From Okamejei kenojei (lineage: Eukaryota): a DNA stretch of 64,000 nt. The position numbers and the translations under genes are program-made. Each line of letters opens with the position of its first letter. The stretch's first letter is position 1. The stretch is from positions 1 through 64,000 of the forward strand of contig JAVHYY010000494.1 of NCBI GenBank assembly GCA_035221665.1. The letters run 5' to 3'. Below, piece after piece: positions 61,601 through 64,000 of the stretch. The notes beneath the pieces are model-generated. The model did not search any database. It was not told where the DNA came from and saw nothing but the letters and a program-made list of their open reading frames with translations.

Positions 61601-64000
61601 ATCAACTTTGGCCAGCTCCTTCCTCATGGTCCCATAGTCCCCTTTATTCAACTGCAACACTGGCACCTCCGAGCTACACTTCTCCCTCTCCAATTGTAGA
61701 ATAAACCTGACCATGTTTTGGCCACTGCGTCCTAATGGATCATTAACATCGAGGTCCTTTATCAAATACGGTTCATTACAAAACACGAAATCCAGTATTG
61801 ACTTCTCCCTGTTAGGCCCCAATACAAGCTGTTCAAATAACCCATCACTTAGGCACTCTACAAATTCCGTTTTTTTGGGGTCCTGAACCAACCTGATTTT
61901 GCCAGTCTAGCTGCATGTTGAAATCTCCCATAAGGACCACAGAATTACTTTTACTTCTTGCCAATTTTAACTACTGATTCAACTTGCGCCCTATGTCCAG
62001 GCTACTGTTTGGGGGCCTGTAGATTATCCCATGAGGGTCTTTTTACCCTTACAATTCCTTCGTTCTATCCATACAGACTCCACAACTCCTGTTTGAATGT
62101 CACCCCTTGCAAGGGACTGAATTTCATTCCTCACCAACAGGGCAACCCCACCCCCTCTGCCCATCGTTCTGTCTTTTCGATAGGATGTGTAGCCTTGAAT
62201 ATTCAGTTCCCATCCTTGGCCCTCTTACAGCCATGTCTCAGTAATTCCCACAACATCATACTTGCCAGTTTCTAACTGAGACACAAGCTCGTCCACTTTA
62301 TTCCTTATGCTGTACTTCGCGCATTCATATACAGCACTTTTAACTCCATATTCACTCCCCCCTCGCACCATTCGCAATTGTCCATAACCTTACTCTGTTG
62401 TCCATTCTCGAGCTTTCCTTCCCATTAATTCGAGAATCTTTTGCATTTTTTCCTGTAGCCACTTCCCCCTCAACTACATCTTTATAATCCCGATTTGTCA
62501 ATCCCTCCCCCGAACGGTTTAGTTCAAACCCACACGTGTAGCCCTAGCAAACCTGCCTGCCAGAAGGTCGGCCCCCCTCCAGTTAAGTCGGTCCACTTAA
62601 GTGTAGCTGGAATATTGTTGGCCGGTGTGGCGAGTTGGGCGGAAGGTCCTGATACCACACTGTATCACTCTATGACTCTGTGATTCCATGATGCTATGTA
62701 CGGTAACAAATCAATTTCCGCATTTGCCTTTACGTTCTCCCGGAGGGCAAACATTTGAACACCTCTTCCCATTCCCATATAAACCCTTCTGCCGTTGTCC
62801 TCCTCAACTGTTAGAGCGAGGCCACGTAATCAATGAAGCATGTCGTATGTCGCATATCTCCCTTTCTCTCACTCTCTCCCGCAACCTAGTCATCATACTA
62901 GTTGTACTGCTCGCAAATTTGTAGTTGTTTGTTGCCACGTATTTCACAGCCAACTCAGGATACTGAGTTGGATGATCAGCCATGATCATATTGAATGGCG
63001 GTGCAGGCTCGAAGGGCCGAATGGCCTACTCCTGCACTTATTTTCTATGTTTCTCTGTTTCTAACAATGGGCAATTATGGGCTAATTTATTTATTTGTTA
63101 TCGTCCCTGCCTTGTTCTGGCCCACTCTTGCTTCCAGTGGCCCTGCCCTATTTCGACGGAAGAGTGATCCTGACCAGACACGTTATCTATCCTTTTCCTC
63201 CAGAGATACTGCCTGCTGTTCATTTGCTGTTAAGCGACAGTAAGCCGCATAATGTTTCCCCGATACCACAAAATTGAGGCTGGTGGAAGGTTAACTTTGT
63301 ACCTACCCATTTCTCCCCTCACTCGCAATCTGCGAAGCAAATAAAATAATCTGTCAATTATGAATTAAAATGAAGATATCTTGTTCTAAAAAAATAATCA
63401 TCGCTCGTGCATTCTTATTAACAAACCACTTATTAATAAATTAAGTGATAATACACTCCTCCAGCTGTCCATATGTCAGCTCTGCCAACATTATCATGCA
63501 GCATCCCCTCACCGGGACATGTTTAGTCGTGGATTCCGTGAAATGTAAATCTGAGCGGAATTATTCTGTGATGGGGAAAATTGTGAACTATATTTCTCGC
63601 CATTTAGTTGGCACAATCGGAACGAACTGTCCCTTGTACGACCAGTGTGTTTATTTGAATGCAGCAGCCTCCATAGTGCAAATGGCTTGAATTCATTTGG
63701 TAAAGTCTTACCTTCTCCGCTGTTGTCCCCATTGAAAGTATGTTGCATGTCCCATCAATATTTTGTTGATTCTCCCGATCAACTCTACAAAGCCTTACTA
63801 TGTGGGATTTTTACAACTTGCTGATCTCTCGTGAAACGAATTTAGATGTTTATTTCCAGCTAAATAAAGGTAAAAATTGGTTGTATGAATCTTTTATATT
63901 TTTATTTCAGCTCCACGCTTATTCCAACGCTTTTTCGCGCAGGTCCGAGGGGGGTGGTTCACGTATCGATCGCATGTACATCTCCGGAGCTTATGTCCCC

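Larger units (their letters stand above)
53045..62590 (-). mobile_element. Older CR1 host element, split into 53045-53790 and 60211-62590
   Basis: RT reading GSKNSKADY stops at ~60211 and resumes as (Y)PNDVILGKG at ~53790. Confidence 0.8.
50275..64000 (+). repeat. Near-identical direct duplicate of ~224-14261
   Basis: Same nested-element junctions and identical ORFs at an offset of 49739 near the right end (13706 vs 63445; 13770 vs 63509). Confidence 0.95.

Overview
Repeat-rich cartilaginous-fish (elasmobranch, probably skate/ray) genomic DNA from the T-cell receptor delta region. The key content is a complete germline NAR-TCR cassette on the minus strand at about 16.1-21.6 kb. It runs: leader exon, IgNAR-like V (22-bp-spacer RSS), one D (12/12 RSS), a NAR-type J (23 RSS, phase-1 donor), a 3.7-kb intron, and a leaderless 'supporting' TCR-delta V with its own 23 RSS. 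The two V domains each carry an extra non-canonical cysteine. A two-exon GPR139/142-like class A GPCR gene lies on the + strand (31385-34039), with one frameshift in a G run. The rest is mostly mobile DNA: two Passport-type Tc1 elements (one with an open DD34E transposase ORF), a full-length degenerate L1 with a 13-bp TSD, many CR1 LINEs including a 4-level nested insertion, Tx1 fragments and tRNA-derived SINEs. Bases ~224-14261 recur almost identically at ~50275-64000 (offset ~49.7 kb); the first copy is error-rich and ends near a 238-N gap, so it is either a tandem cassette duplication or an assembly duplicate. Two speculative signals inside the cassette merit testing: a 12-RSS-like element in the leader intron, and a candidate alternative terminal exon that would encode a secreted single NAR V domain with a Cys tail.
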